This document shows positions 28,939 through 38,329 of a stretch of DNA of 64,000 nucleotides, piece after piece. Position 1 is the first letter of the stretch. The number at the start of each line of letters is the position of its first letter. This DNA is from a virus (Duplodnaviria; Heunggongvirae; Uroviricota; Caudoviricetes): IMG/VR virus record IMGVR_UViG_3300044716_000631. One strand, written 5' to 3'. The position numbers and the translations under genes were made by a program. Below the pieces are notes generated by a model that was not told the origin of the DNA, did no database searches, and saw only the letters and a list, made by a program, of their open reading frames with translations.

Positions 28939-30132
28939 ATGAAGTTAACTGAACATTTTTCTTTGGCAGAAATGATTGTTTCTCCTACAGCTAAAAGACT
29001 TGGCCTAAGCAACACACCAACACCTGAACACATTGAGAACATGCGTTACTGCTGCGAGAAGATTCTCGAACCAGTGCGTGCTCACTTTGGTAAACCAGTT
29101 CAGATCAACTCGTCATACCGCGCACCATTGGTGAACAAAGCGGTTGGCGGATCTAAAACATCTCAGCACGTTAACGGACAAGCGATTGACTTCGAAGTTC
29201 CTGGTGTTGATAATAAGAAGGTTGCTGACTGGGTTGCTGATAACCTTGAGTTCGACCAAGTCATTCTAGAATTCTATACTGCCGGTGACAAGAACTCTGG
29301 TTGGGTTCACGCTTCTATTAAGAAGGAAGGCGGCAACCGCAAACTACGTATGATCGCTTCAAAGTCAAAAGCCGGTGGTACAGTATATACTACTGTGAAG
29401 GATTTTGATCCTTCAACTCTTCCTGGTCAATATCGCGCAGCAGCTCAACAAGTGTCGAGTCAAGCAGCTGCTCCAGCTCAAGCTGCTCCGAAGGCGACAG
29501 CGGGTGCAGTTGCGGGTCTAGGTGCATTAGCGGCTCTCCAATCTAAGTGCGGCATTACTGCCGATGGTAAGTGGGGTCCTGGTACTTATAAGGCTGCAAG
29601 AGACTTCTTCAAGCTATCGAACAACCAAGCTGCTCACTTCTTCGGTCAGTGCGCTCACGAGTCGGGTGGCTTCAAGGTATTCCAAGAGAACCTGAACTAT
29701 TCGGACAAGGGTCTAAACGGAATCTTCAAGAAGTACTTCCCAACAATCGCATCAACTGCTGGTTACGCTCGTAAGCCAGAAAAGATTGCCAATAAGGTCT
29801 ATTCAAACCGTATGGGCAATGGACCAGAATCGTCAGGTGATGGTTGGAAGTTCCGTGGTCGTGGTCCTATCCAGTTAACTGGTAAGAGCAACTACACACA
29901 GTTCTCACAAGACATTGGTCGTCCAGATGTTCTAACTAACCCAGACATCGTTGCTACTGAACTTGCATTTGAATCAGCACTTTGGTTCTTCCGCAAGAAC
30001 AACCTGTTTGCAATCGCAGACAAGGGTGTAAGCGACGCTGTGATTACACAAATCACAAAGCGAGTGAATGGTGGAACACACGGTCTTGATGATCGTCTAA
30101 AGAAAACCAAGCAATACGCTGGTTGGGCATAA
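28939..30132 (+). CDS. multi-domain endolysin: M15-family peptidase + peptidoglycan-binding + GH19 chitinase-like glycosidase
   Basis: N-terminus SSYRAP...SQHxxGxAIDF (peptidase M15/VanY-like zinc site); middle CGITADGKWGPGTYKA (PG_binding_1-like); C-terminus AHESGGF...FRGRGPIQLTGKSNY (GH19 catalytic signature). Only clear plus-strand gene. Confidence 0.7.
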   Translation: MKLTEHFSLAEMIVSPTAKRLGLSNTPTPEHIENMRYCCEKILEPVRAHFGKPVQINSSYRAPLVNKAVGGSKTSQHVNGQAIDFEVPGVDNKKVADWVADNLEFDQVILEFYTAGDKNSGWVHASIKKEGGNRKLRMIASKSKAGGTVYTTVKDFDPSTLPGQYRAAAQQVSSQAAAPAQAAPKATAGAVAGLGALAALQSKCGITADGKWGPGTYKAARDFFKLSNNQAAHFFGQCAHESGGFKVFQENLNYSDKGLNGIFKKYFPTIASTAGYARKPEKIANKVYSNRMGNGPESSGDGWKFRGRGPIQLTGKSNYTQFSQDIGRPDVLTNPDIVATELAFESALWFFRKNNLFAIADKGVSDAVITQITKRVNGGTHGLDDRLKKTKQYAGWA

Positions 30133-30138
30133 GATAAA

Positions 30139-30170
30139 AAAGGGGAGGCCAAAAACCTCCCCTTTCTTTT
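30139..30170. terminator. bidirectional rho-independent terminator
   Basis: GGGGAGG-ccaaaaa-CCTCCCC hairpin flanked by A-run upstream and T-run downstream, between convergent genes. Confidence 0.65.
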
Positions 30171-30734
30171 TTACTTAGTTTTACCTTCTGCCAAGAATTC
30201 GGCAGCTTGCGACGGATATTCTTCGTCGTTATTAATCTCTACCTTCTTCGGCTTCTTGTGCTCTGGAATAATAGCTTCCAAAGCAATCTTCAAAATACCA
30301 TTCAGAAGAGATGCACCACGAATCTCTACGTTATCCGAAAGAGTGAAGGTGCGTGTAAATGGGCGCATTGCAAGCCCGTTATGAAGCATCTGAGGCCATC
30401 CCCACACTTCGTTAGAACCTTGTTCTGCAGGGTCTTGAGATGTGGTATTGCCCTTAATGATTAACTTGTCTTCCACGATCTCGATCTCAAGATCTTGCTT
30501 GGCAAAGCCAGCAACAGCGAGTTCGATCGTGTATTTGTTTTCGTCAATCTTCTTCAGATTGTATGGGGGATATTTTGTAGTAAAAGCAGCAGCCTGCTCT
30601 TGGGCAGCGGTTAGCTTTTTAGCAATGTCGTCAAAGCCGACAAACCAGCTGTCGAAATCTTTGAAGGCACGTGTATCGTAAAAGTTCTTCATAATTTTGC
30701 TCCTATATAAGCGAGTTTGAGTTGTGTCACCCAT
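30171..30734 (-). CDS. small heat-shock protein Hsp20/alpha-crystallin family
   Basis: Alpha-crystallin domain pattern YNLKKIDENKYTIELAVAGFAKQDLEIEIVEDKLIIKG...LLNGILKIAL. Confidence 0.7.
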   Translation of the reverse strand: MGDTTQTRLYRSKIMKNFYDTRAFKDFDSWFVGFDDIAKKLTAAQEQAAAFTTKYPPYNLKKIDENKYTIELAVAGFAKQDLEIEIVEDKLIIKGNTTSQDPAEQGSNEVWGWPQMLHNGLAMRPFTRTFTLSDNVEIRGASLLNGILKIALEAIIPEHKKPKKVEINNDEEYPSQAAEFLAEGKTK

Positions 30735-31170
30735 TAGGCGTGACAGGTTTATTTATCAGATATAACTGAACTTCAGCTTCAAGAAACATCTGTTTTGTAA
30801 TTTCCCAATTTAGATTCGGACGATCTTCAATTGGGTAATAAGAAATTACTTTCTTAATTCCTTTTTGAATAATGGACTTTGCACATTCATTGCAAGGAAG
30901 CAAAGGACTATAGAGCGTGCAGCCTTCTACAGAGAGTGGCGCATTATCAAGAGCATTGCGCTCAGCATGAGCCACAAAAAGATACTTGGTTTCTTTGTCC
31001 ATGTATCTCAAAGTGCTGTCTTTGATTCCACGAGGAAATCCATTAAAGCCAAGAGATACTACACGATTTTGCTTATCAACAATTACACAACCGACTTTTG
31101 TTGATGGATCTTTTGACCATTGAGCTACATGCTCAGCCAGTTCCATGAATCGGTCAGACCATTTACTCAT
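30727..31170 (-). CDS. cd: dCMP deaminase
   Basis: Zinc-binding HAERNAL and PCNECA motifs. Confidence 0.75.
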   Translation of the reverse strand: MSKWSDRFMELAEHVAQWSKDPSTKVGCVIVDKQNRVVSLGFNGFPRGIKDSTLRYMDKETKYLFVAHAERNALDNAPLSVEGCTLYSPLLPCNECAKSIIQKGIKKVISYYPIEDRPNLNWEITKQMFLEAEVQLYLINKPVTPNG

Positions 31171-31586
31171 TTGCTTTTTCCTGCTTTTACAATACGCTCA
31201 CGCAAACCTGATGAGCTGTAGTTGTGCTTACGACTGCAGTAGTGGATGGGAATGTCGAGATCCGATCCAGTGAAGTCTGTTCGATTAATGTAATCCATAC
31301 CAAGGAACCGAACGTCCCAATCGAAGCCGGCAAGTAAGTTGTAAAGATCTGCCTCAGTGTCGTATGGAACGATCTGGTCAACAAACTTACATGCCTCCAA
31401 CTGAATATAACGCTCGGATAGAGCTTGAACAGGCTTGTTCTTCTCAGGACGATCAATCGTAGGATCTGACTGGAGAGCCACAACCAAACGATCGCATTCA
31501 TCCTTTGCTTCCATCAGCATAAGGACATGACCTGCATGAAACAGATCAAAACAACTGGCTACAATGCCTACACGTTCCTCTCTCAT
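31167..31586 (-). CDS. nucleotidyltransferase (cytidylyltransferase / RfaE domain II-like)
   Basis: ASCFDLFHAGHVLML...LVVALQSD closely resembles GCFDILHAGH...LIVAVNSD. Confidence 0.55.
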   Translation of the reverse strand: MREERVGIVASCFDLFHAGHVLMLMEAKDECDRLVVALQSDPTIDRPEKNKPVQALSERYIQLEACKFVDQIVPYDTEADLYNLLAGFDWDVRFLGMDYINRTDFTGSDLDIPIHYCSRKHNYSSSGLRERIVKAGKSK

Positions 31587-31897
31587 TTAATCACCGCCAG
31601 GTTTTCAGGAGCAACACAGTGACGACCAGCATCGCTAGTAACCAGAACCTGTCCAAGGCTATAGCAATAAGCAGTCTGCTTAGTACGAAGTTCCTTCTCT
31701 GCATTTTCTGATTTTGCAACGGCCATAATTAATAACCCGAATCCGACAATCAATCCAATAAGGAATGTCGGCAAACTAAACACTACGTCAAAAACACCTT
31801 CAAGAAAACTTTTCATGATACAAAGACTCCAATTAAAGTTACAATTATAATTAAAAGAATAAAGCCCAAACAACCTCTGCCATCCAGACCATCCCAC
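31583..31897 (-). CDS. small membrane protein
   Basis: ORF with two TM helices. Confidence 0.35.
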   Translation of the reverse strand: MGWSGWQRLFGLYSFNYNCNFNWSLCIMKSFLEGVFDVVFSLPTFLIGLIVGFGLLIMAVAKSENAEKELRTKQTAYCYSLGQVLVTSDAGRHCVAPENLAVIK

Positions 31898-31918
31898 ATA
31901 GCCCGCTGACGAGGATGA

Positions 31919-32131
31919 TTAGTCATACTCGATACCTTCGTCTTGCTTGCGACCCATGTAGTGATCATCACTTACGCAATGAAACTGTGCCTGCAGACTG
32001 GTGTTGACGATAGTCTTTGTCACTTGTCCAGCAAACTCTACACATTGCTCCGCACTGCCAGTCTCATAGACATCTTTTGCAAAGTATTCACCATCAGCGG
32101 TGAACAGATATACGATTAACCAAAAACTCAT
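31919..32131 (-). CDS. hypothetical protein (70 aa)
   Basis: ORF. Confidence 0.3.
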   Translation of the reverse strand: MSFWLIVYLFTADGEYFAKDVYETGSAEQCVEFAGQVTKTIVNTSLQAQFHCVSDDHYMGRKQDEGIEYD

Positions 32132-32334
32132 GTTACTTCACCTTTACTCACTTTACGCTGATTGATAATTGATAAAAGCATTGCGTAACTGGCAATCATA
32201 GTAGCCAACGCTGTCTTATCACCATCGTATGCAAGATTACTAATGATGCTAAACATCGCGATGTAGAACAACCACTCAAGTAAACTCTTGAAATGTCGAT
32301 TAATCTCATTCACCAAACTATCCCAAAACCTCAT
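32128..32334 (-). CDS. small membrane protein (C-terminal non-overlapping part of listed ORF 32128-32559)
   Basis: Internal Met MRFWDSL...; 5' part of listed ORF overlaps HExxH gene in another frame. Confidence 0.3.
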   Translation of the reverse strand: MRFWDSLVNEINRHFKSLLEWLFYIAMFSIISNLAYDGDKTALATMIASYAMLLSIINQRKVSKGEVT

Positions 32335-32335
32335 A

Positions 32336-32827
32336 TTAGTTTCCTTTATATTGAACCCACTTTGCAAACAGACCGACTTCGCGGCCGTATGCTTCGATCT
32401 CCCATGGAGCATCGAAGTAGTGATCTTCTTTGCCCTTTGGCTTCCAGATTTCGCCCATCCACTTGCTGTAGATTTTAAGGCCGCCACGAGCAGCAACCAC
32501 ATGGCCAGTACGAAGTTCGTTTTTGGCATGTTGCTTGACATGCACCATTTCATGGCCAAGAGTCTTAATCATGTCTTTGATGTTTTGGCTCTTAAGGCCA
32601 ATGGTGAACCACCGAGGATTACGAAAACCGTCTTCGTCAACGCATTCACCTTCAACCTCGAGGTTATTGTAAACTTCGATATCGAGAGTAAGGTTGCGGA
32701 TCATGCGAGGATCCATTAACTGAATGGCAAAAAACTCTGCAGCTTCCTTGAGAAGCGCCTTCTCTTTGCGCTTACCAATCATACCTGTGATCGTGATGTT
32801 CATAACGTTCCTTTCCATTATGTACAC
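32336..32827 (-). CDS. putative zinc metallopeptidase (HExxH)
   Basis: LGHEMVHVKQH HExxH motif; upstream TGTACA-N17-TAGAGT promoter. Confidence 0.45.
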   Translation of the reverse strand: MYIMERNVMNITITGMIGKRKEKALLKEAAEFFAIQLMDPRMIRNLTLDIEVYNNLEVEGECVDEDGFRNPRWFTIGLKSQNIKDMIKTLGHEMVHVKQHAKNELRTGHVVAARGGLKIYSKWMGEIWKPKGKEDHYFDAPWEIEAYGREVGLFAKWVQYKGN

Positions 32828-32868
32828 TCTATCATATAATCGATATAATGTACATAGGAAAGTGCAAA

Positions 32869-34929
32869 TTATTTTGTCGTTGCGCGATAAATTCCATCAA
32901 AGTTTTGAACATTCGCTTCAAGCATGTCGGTGCAGCGCTCAATCATCATATCATAGTAGGCAACCAATTCACCATTCCATGCTTCTGTCTTACGTTGTTG
33001 AGCCTGATTCATGGCTTTAATCCAGTCACCTTTGCGATATAGCTCAAGGAACGTATCATGCATGATTTGAGAATACGTATCAAAGTGTTCTACGATCGTA
33101 TAGATTTTAACTGGCTCGGTCTTGCCCTTTACCGCAAGCAGATCAAGTTCTACTACTTGGTATACATCCCGAACCATGTCCGCGGTTTGAGGCCCGATGA
33201 CGAGTTTAACTGCATAAGGCTTGGACTGACCTTCGAGACGAGCAGCCAGATTAACCCCATCACCCAAGCAAGTATAATCAAAACGCTGGTCAGAGCCCAT
33301 ATTGCCAACAACCACAGTGGCAGTGTTAATACCAAGACCCATACCGAAAGCTGGGATTCCTTCTTTTTCAACTTCTGCATTAAACGTCTCCAGATCTTTT
33401 AACATGTCGAGTGCTGTACGCACAGCATTCTTGGCGTGGTCTGCATCGTCAAGAGGTGCGTTCCAGAATGCCATCTGAGCATCGCCAATATACTTATCAA
33501 GTGTACCATTATTATCAATGATACGCTTTGTCATAGCCGTCATGTAGCGGTTCATAATCTTTGTCAGACCCTGAACGTCTTCACCATAGTGCTCAGAGAT
33601 CGTAGTGAAGCCACGTACATCAGTGAACATGATTGACAACTCTCTTGACTCGCCACCGAGTGCCAGAAGCTCAGGATTCTTTTGTAGCTTCTCAACCATA
33701 GCAGGTGATAGGTAAGTACCAAACTGCTTCTTAATTTGTTGCTTCTGTAGGAACTCTGAGATGAACTTGACTGTATAGACATGCATATAGATAATGGCAA
33801 TGGCTAAGATGTTAAACGTAACATCAAGAAGAATGCCTTTACTTGCAAACAAGTACACAGGAAGATATGCATAGGCACCAAGTAGAACTGCGATATATAT
33901 TAATGAGAAACGCAGACGTGATACTACAATGAGTGCAATTGCTAGGAATATGAATGATGCAAGATCAACAAGCCCGGTCCAGTTCGGAATCGAAACTGAA
34001 TCTCCATTTAGAAGAGTTTCAAGAACACTTGCTTGCATCTCATGAGGAAACACTCCACCAGCCGGAGTGGCTACAGGATTACTTAATCCAGCTGCAGACG
34101 CTCCAACAATCACGATTTTACCTGTTAGATCAGGAACGTTCTTGTCACCAATTTCGAATGACTGAAATTTGTAGTTCGGATTTACAAAAACACGACCATA
34201 CTCGTCGGTCTTAATAGTATCAAACTGAGGAACACGTAATGCTTCAACACCCGTCTGATTTATCTTCGCTTGATACGAAGGATCTCCTGCGGCAACACGC
34301 AGCATCTCTAGAGCAAATGCGGGGTAGTATTCGCCAGATGATTGAGCTAGAAGAGGAACTCTACGTACGACCCCATCATTCTCAGGAAGCGTTGACGATA
34401 CGCCAACACCAGCGGCGGCTTCTTGCAGAGCTGGAATATTACTTAGAACGCATGGGTATTGAGGAAGAAATTCGGTTGGTTGTCCATCACCAACGACGGC
34501 AACACCTGTCCGACGAACATCGCGATTGGATGGTCGACCGCAATCCGCCGATACAGTCTGACTAAGAACAACTGGATATTGCTTTAACGCATCGACAAGA
34601 GCTCTATCAGTACCCAACCGATCAGGCTCAGGCATAAGTATAGTGCTGCCAACAATGCCAGCCCCTCCGCCGTAAATGTCACTAATGATTTTAGCATGGA
34701 CTTCCCTCGGGAAAGGCCACTGTCCGTATTTTTCAATTGCTTTCTCCCCAATATTGGCCACCACAATCTGTTCTGACTGAACAGTTTTATCCATCATTAG
34801 ATAATCGTAAAACTTTAGACGTGTTGATTCAATCAAGAATGGATCAGCAAACTTAACCGATAATAGAACAGCAAATGTCAGCAAAGCTAACCACGGTGAA
34901 ATAAGAAATTTAATCGCCTTGTTTGACAT
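32869..34929 (-). CDS. CHASE2-sensor class III adenylate/guanylate cyclase (membrane)
   Basis: N-terminal TM, ~300-aa periplasmic region, 3 TM helices, C-terminal cyclase domain (FTDVRGFTTISE...KYIGDAQMAFWNAP...GLGINTATVVVGNMGS). Confidence 0.7.
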   Translation of the reverse strand: MSNKAIKFLISPWLALLTFAVLLSVKFADPFLIESTRLKFYDYLMMDKTVQSEQIVVANIGEKAIEKYGQWPFPREVHAKIISDIYGGGAGIVGSTILMPEPDRLGTDRALVDALKQYPVVLSQTVSADCGRPSNRDVRRTGVAVVGDGQPTEFLPQYPCVLSNIPALQEAAAGVGVSSTLPENDGVVRRVPLLAQSSGEYYPAFALEMLRVAAGDPSYQAKINQTGVEALRVPQFDTIKTDEYGRVFVNPNYKFQSFEIGDKNVPDLTGKIVIVGASAAGLSNPVATPAGGVFPHEMQASVLETLLNGDSVSIPNWTGLVDLASFIFLAIALIVVSRLRFSLIYIAVLLGAYAYLPVYLFASKGILLDVTFNILAIAIIYMHVYTVKFISEFLQKQQIKKQFGTYLSPAMVEKLQKNPELLALGGESRELSIMFTDVRGFTTISEHYGEDVQGLTKIMNRYMTAMTKRIIDNNGTLDKYIGDAQMAFWNAPLDDADHAKNAVRTALDMLKDLETFNAEVEKEGIPAFGMGLGINTATVVVGNMGSDQRFDYTCLGDGVNLAARLEGQSKPYAVKLVIGPQTADMVRDVYQVVELDLLAVKGKTEPVKIYTIVEHFDTYSQIMHDTFLELYRKGDWIKAMNQAQQRKTEAWNGELVAYYDMMIERCTDMLEANVQNFDGIYRATTK

Positions 34930-36001
34930 TGATTATAGTTCCTCCGGCAGGGTCGTTGATTTCCACTAGGAATGATTTTCCATTACTATCTATATATAGA
35001 GTTTTGTTCTCATCCTTTTTAAAACGAACATCAACTGTTGTGCTAAGTGTTCGAACAAGGCGAATGCTATCACCTGAAAGAATGGTTGTAATTTGAGTTG
35101 TATTATCAAGACCAAATATGGTACCGCATAACTTCGTACCTTCTCTGGTTACACAATCACCTCCTGCAAGACTATCATCAAGAAAGTCTTCTCCAAGGAA
35201 GTTAGCATCAATTGCATTAATGTCTAGATCTGAACTGGCAAGCTGGTCTTCTTTAAGATCGTCTTTTGCTAAGAAATCTATATCTAGTTCAGATAGATCG
35301 AGAATGTTTGATCTGGTTTCTCCGGTTTCCTCACCTGTATCAACCGCTTCTGCTGGTGATACAATTAGCATATTGTCAATCTGATCAAGAGATAGATTCA
35401 GAATTACAGGTCGAGTTGGTCTACTATCAGCAGTGGATACAACTGTTGCTTGAAAAGCTTTTGTAAGAATTACAAACCCTGCACCATTTGATACTGTAAT
35501 CTCTCCGACGGATCCATCTGGTTCTGGAAGTAAGATAACAAGGCTCTTGCCAAAATCATCTACAGTTGCAGCAAAATCTGTACCGCGAACAGCGATTGTA
35601 GCAGTTGGTGTACGAAGGTTGATATTACCTTTATTCATTTTGCCAGATTGTCCTGTAGCAAAACGAGCAGTTCCTGAAGCGAACTTGAGAGCCATTCTTG
35701 AAGTGGATGGCTTACCACTATAGACAAAGTCGTCAATCACCAGTTTCGAGTGTTCAGTAACCTTCACGGTAGAGTCGTCCACAAAAGTGATTTCGACTCT
35801 ACCGTTTCCAGTCTGTACTCTATCTAATTTGGCAATAGGTAACTGAGGTTTTGTAGGAAGACGTTGAGCCTTTTTTACAACCTCACTCGTTCCACGAGCT
35901 TGAGTTACTTTACCAATATTAGCAAGGGCCGCCGGCGTTGCACTGATTGATAACAAGAGTGCTGCCAGTGCTTGTGCTATTAACCTTGACCGTGTCAACA
36001 T
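34910..36001 (-). CDS. secreted FecR-domain protein
   Basis: Signal peptide; FecR-like core (VEITFVDDSTVKV...ALKFASGTARF...TPTATIAVRGTDF); 83-nt overlap with upstream ORF. Confidence 0.55.
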   Translation of the reverse strand: MLTRSRLIAQALAALLLSISATPAALANIGKVTQARGTSEVVKKAQRLPTKPQLPIAKLDRVQTGNGRVEITFVDDSTVKVTEHSKLVIDDFVYSGKPSTSRMALKFASGTARFATGQSGKMNKGNINLRTPTATIAVRGTDFAATVDDFGKSLVILLPEPDGSVGEITVSNGAGFVILTKAFQATVVSTADSRPTRPVILNLSLDQIDNMLIVSPAEAVDTGEETGETRSNILDLSELDIDFLAKDDLKEDQLASSDLDINAIDANFLGEDFLDDSLAGGDCVTREGTKLCGTIFGLDNTTQITTILSGDSIRLVRTLSTTVDVRFKKDENKTLYIDSNGKSFLVEINDPAGGTIINVKQGD

Positions 36002-36614
36002 TTGTTGTGCTCTTTTGGTTTACAGTCACGTTGTTTGTGCTACCAGTGAGAACCATTTCAACATTCTTACCGGCTGTTCCATTTTGTGTCATTGTAATGG
36101 TATTACCATCACCTGCAACAGTCATATCATTTACAACGTCATCAGCATTAATAGTTGATGTGTATGTATTGGTATCACCTGTGAATGTGATGTTCTGTGT
36201 TGCACCTGTAGCTGAAGCCGCTGTGCCTTGGTTGAACGTCAGGTTGTTTGAATCACCTGTGACTGCTAGAGTCTTAGTTGAACCAGAAACGCTTGCTCCA
36301 TCGCCCATATCGTATGTTACAGTGTTATTGTCACCAGTCACAGTTGAATCTATATCGATGTTATCGGCTTGTGTAATAGAACCTTGGATAAGGTTACCAT
36401 TACCTTCTTGTGTTGATGTGATTGTCTGGTTGTTACCTTCAATCACAACACGGTTTTGCTCAGAACCGATACGGTTATTTTGACCTTTTTGAGTAATCGT
36501 AATTGTGCTACCATTACCAACTTGGTCGATAAAAATCGAGTTAGTCGTCGACTGAGCATAAGCTAACGAACTCGTCATCAGAGACATAATGAAAAGTGCT
36601 AGTGCCTTTTTCAT
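35919..36614 (-). CDS. secreted curlin-repeat-like beta-solenoid protein (candidate CsgA/B-like substrate)
   Basis: Signal peptide MKKALALFIMSLMTSSLAYA; ~8 imperfect ~22-aa repeats with Q/N/G/T spacing (ITQKGQNNRIGSEQN, TSTQEGNGNLIQGS, LTFNQGTAASATGATQN, ITMTQNGTAGKN, VTVNQKSTTN); immediately downstream of csgG. Confidence 0.4.
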   Translation of the reverse strand: MKKALALFIMSLMTSSLAYAQSTTNSIFIDQVGNGSTITITQKGQNNRIGSEQNRVVIEGNNQTITSTQEGNGNLIQGSITQADNIDIDSTVTGDNNTVTYDMGDGASVSGSTKTLAVTGDSNNLTFNQGTAASATGATQNITFTGDTNTYTSTINADDVVNDMTVAGDGNTITMTQNGTAGKNVEMVLTGSTNNVTVNQKSTTNVDTVKVNSTSTGSTLVINQCNAGGPC

Positions 36615-37402
36615 TGTCCTTCTTCCTTGTAGTGAAAGTATCCTTTCGAAATACCTTGTTTAATTAGTTGTAATACCGCTTCTTCGATGGCCATTTTGAC
36701 CGCCATTGTGTTAGCTTCATTCTCTGTCATTCCGGCTTCGGCTTCAACAAGCTTAGTGCCGACATCTACAAACTTAAAAACTGAAAGATCTCTGCCAACT
36801 GAGAGAACTGTTTTTGAAACCTGTACGTTGAGAATTACTTCTCCAGTATTTGTATTCACACCACGCAACGAAACAACCACCTGATCTTTACGGTACATAG
36901 TAGTACCGCCAATGCCAAGATATCTTGCTCCTGCACCACCAGATTCCAAATTCGAATCGTAACCAATAATACCACCTTGAATAATTAAACCAGCAAAGAG
37001 CATTGGCTCGAGTTTGTTGGCACCTTCTCCAAGATATTCTTCTCGTGTTTGTCGAACAATCTGACGTTCCTTTGCAAGATCGTCAACACGATTACGTTCA
37101 ACAACTCTAAACCATGCTCCACCACCAGCTTCTGTCAGTGCAGAGATCAGAAGCGCTGTACCACCTTGAGTCACCGCAGTCGAGATACTGGCAATGCCAT
37201 CCTTATCTCTTCTTTGACCAGTCAGATCTGGAAAGTCATAGACAGCCACAACTGCTTGTCTTTCTGGTGGTGAAAGGCTCTGCAGTTCTTTTACTTGTAG
37301 TTGTACAAGCTTTGGTTTATCCTGAAGCTGAAGAGCTCCGGAACCCATAGACATACACCCACTCAGAAAAAATGGTAATAAAAAGACTTTCCACTTTACC
37401 AT
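36611..37402 (-). CDS. csgG: curli production assembly/transport lipoprotein CsgG
   Basis: Lipobox LSGC; IIGYDSNLESGGAGARYLGIGGTTMYRKDQVVVSLRGVNTNTGEVILNVQVSKTVLS aligns with E. coli CsgG IIGYESNVKSGGVGARYFGIGADTQYQLDQIAVNLRVVNVSTGEILSSVNTSKTILS. Confidence 0.8.
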   Translation of the reverse strand: MVKWKVFLLPFFLSGCMSMGSGALQLQDKPKLVQLQVKELQSLSPPERQAVVAVYDFPDLTGQRRDKDGIASISTAVTQGGTALLISALTEAGGGAWFRVVERNRVDDLAKERQIVRQTREEYLGEGANKLEPMLFAGLIIQGGIIGYDSNLESGGAGARYLGIGGTTMYRKDQVVVSLRGVNTNTGEVILNVQVSKTVLSVGRDLSVFKFVDVGTKLVEAEAGMTENEANTMAVKMAIEEAVLQLIKQGISKGYFHYKEEGQ

Positions 37403-37836
37403 TTGAATCCACTCGTTGGAATGATAATTTCAGTGGTGTTACCAGCATCGTCAGTGATAACTAGCTTAATCTCAGTGTCAGTCTTCTCATACTTAATGGT
37501 ATTACCTTCAAGGCTAAACTCACCAGACTGGCCACCCATTTCACCGAATAGGTTATTAGTCAGCTGTTGAGCAAGCTGAGAATAGATACGTGACTGCAGG
37601 TTATTCATGAATCGATTCAGAATCGAATTCTTTTCCTCGAGTGCAGCAGCTTTTAGATCAGCTTCAATTTTATCTTGAATCGCTTTCTTACGGCTGAACT
37701 CTTGGTTTTCAATTGTTAACCATTGTGCTCCAGCGTTCTGTCCGCTGAATGAAGGATTCTTAAATTGGAATACTAACTCACTTGCTAGGGCTGGCTGGCT
37801 TACCAGAAGCAGGCTGAGTATCAACAGCTTTTTCAT
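37396..37836 (-). CDS. csgF: curli assembly protein CsgF
   Basis: Signal peptide then ELVFQFKNPSFSGQNAG matching E. coli CsgF TMTFQFRNPNFGGNPNNG; similar length; directly upstream of csgG as in csgEFG. Confidence 0.65.
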   Translation of the reverse strand: MKKLLILSLLLVSQPALASELVFQFKNPSFSGQNAGAQWLTIENQEFSRKKAIQDKIEADLKAAALEEKNSILNRFMNNLQSRIYSQLAQQLTNNLFGEMGGQSGEFSLEGNTIKYEKTDTEIKLVITDDAGNTTEIIIPTSGFKW

Positions 37837-37910
37837 CGAGCTTATCCTTCTTCAATTTTAGTTCCTTATCAGAAGAAAGATTAAACTCAAGTGAGAAGAT
37901 CTTAATGATT

Positions 37911-38174
37911 TCAATTTTCAGGTTTATGGTCACTATGATCTTCCTTTATCTGCAATACAACACTCACCTTCTGTTGAAGTCTAATTAAATCGTTATCCAG
38001 CATACGAATACGATCAATTAGAGCAATCAAAATTACATTAGTTTCTGAAATTAATGGCATTAATCTATCAGTAACAAACTTATAGATGAAGAATACAAAG
38101 TACCCCATCCCTACAGACGCTACAATAGGAAAGCCATATTGTTTTATAAGTTCAGCAATCGTGTTGAGATCCAT
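37911..38174 (-). CDS. small TM protein, paralog B
   Basis: N-terminus MDLNTIAELIKQYGFPIVAS parallels MNYDAIFKLIADVGFPIAAA of ORF 38329-38616. Confidence 0.4.
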   Translation of the reverse strand: MDLNTIAELIKQYGFPIVASVGMGYFVFFIYKFVTDRLMPLISETNVILIALIDRIRMLDNDLIRLQQKVSVVLQIKEDHSDHKPEN

Positions 38175-38329
38175 TACTTACCTTTCTTAACGAAGGTAAT
38201 TCTCTCATTCACAATTGCAATTACAAATTCATCGCCGTCTTTTACGCCAATTAATTCAGGTTTTAGATCAGGTTCAAAACGAATTGAACCGTCTGATGTT
38301 AAATCGAACACATAGTCCACAAATAGCAT
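38174..38329 (-). CDS. small ORF (51 aa; not in ORF track)
   Basis: MLFVDYVFDLTSDGSIRFEPDLKPELIGVKDGDEFVIAIVNERITFVKKGK; TAATG overlaps with both neighbours. Confidence 0.3.
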   Translation of the reverse strand: MLFVDYVFDLTSDGSIRFEPDLKPELIGVKDGDEFVIAIVNERITFVKKGK

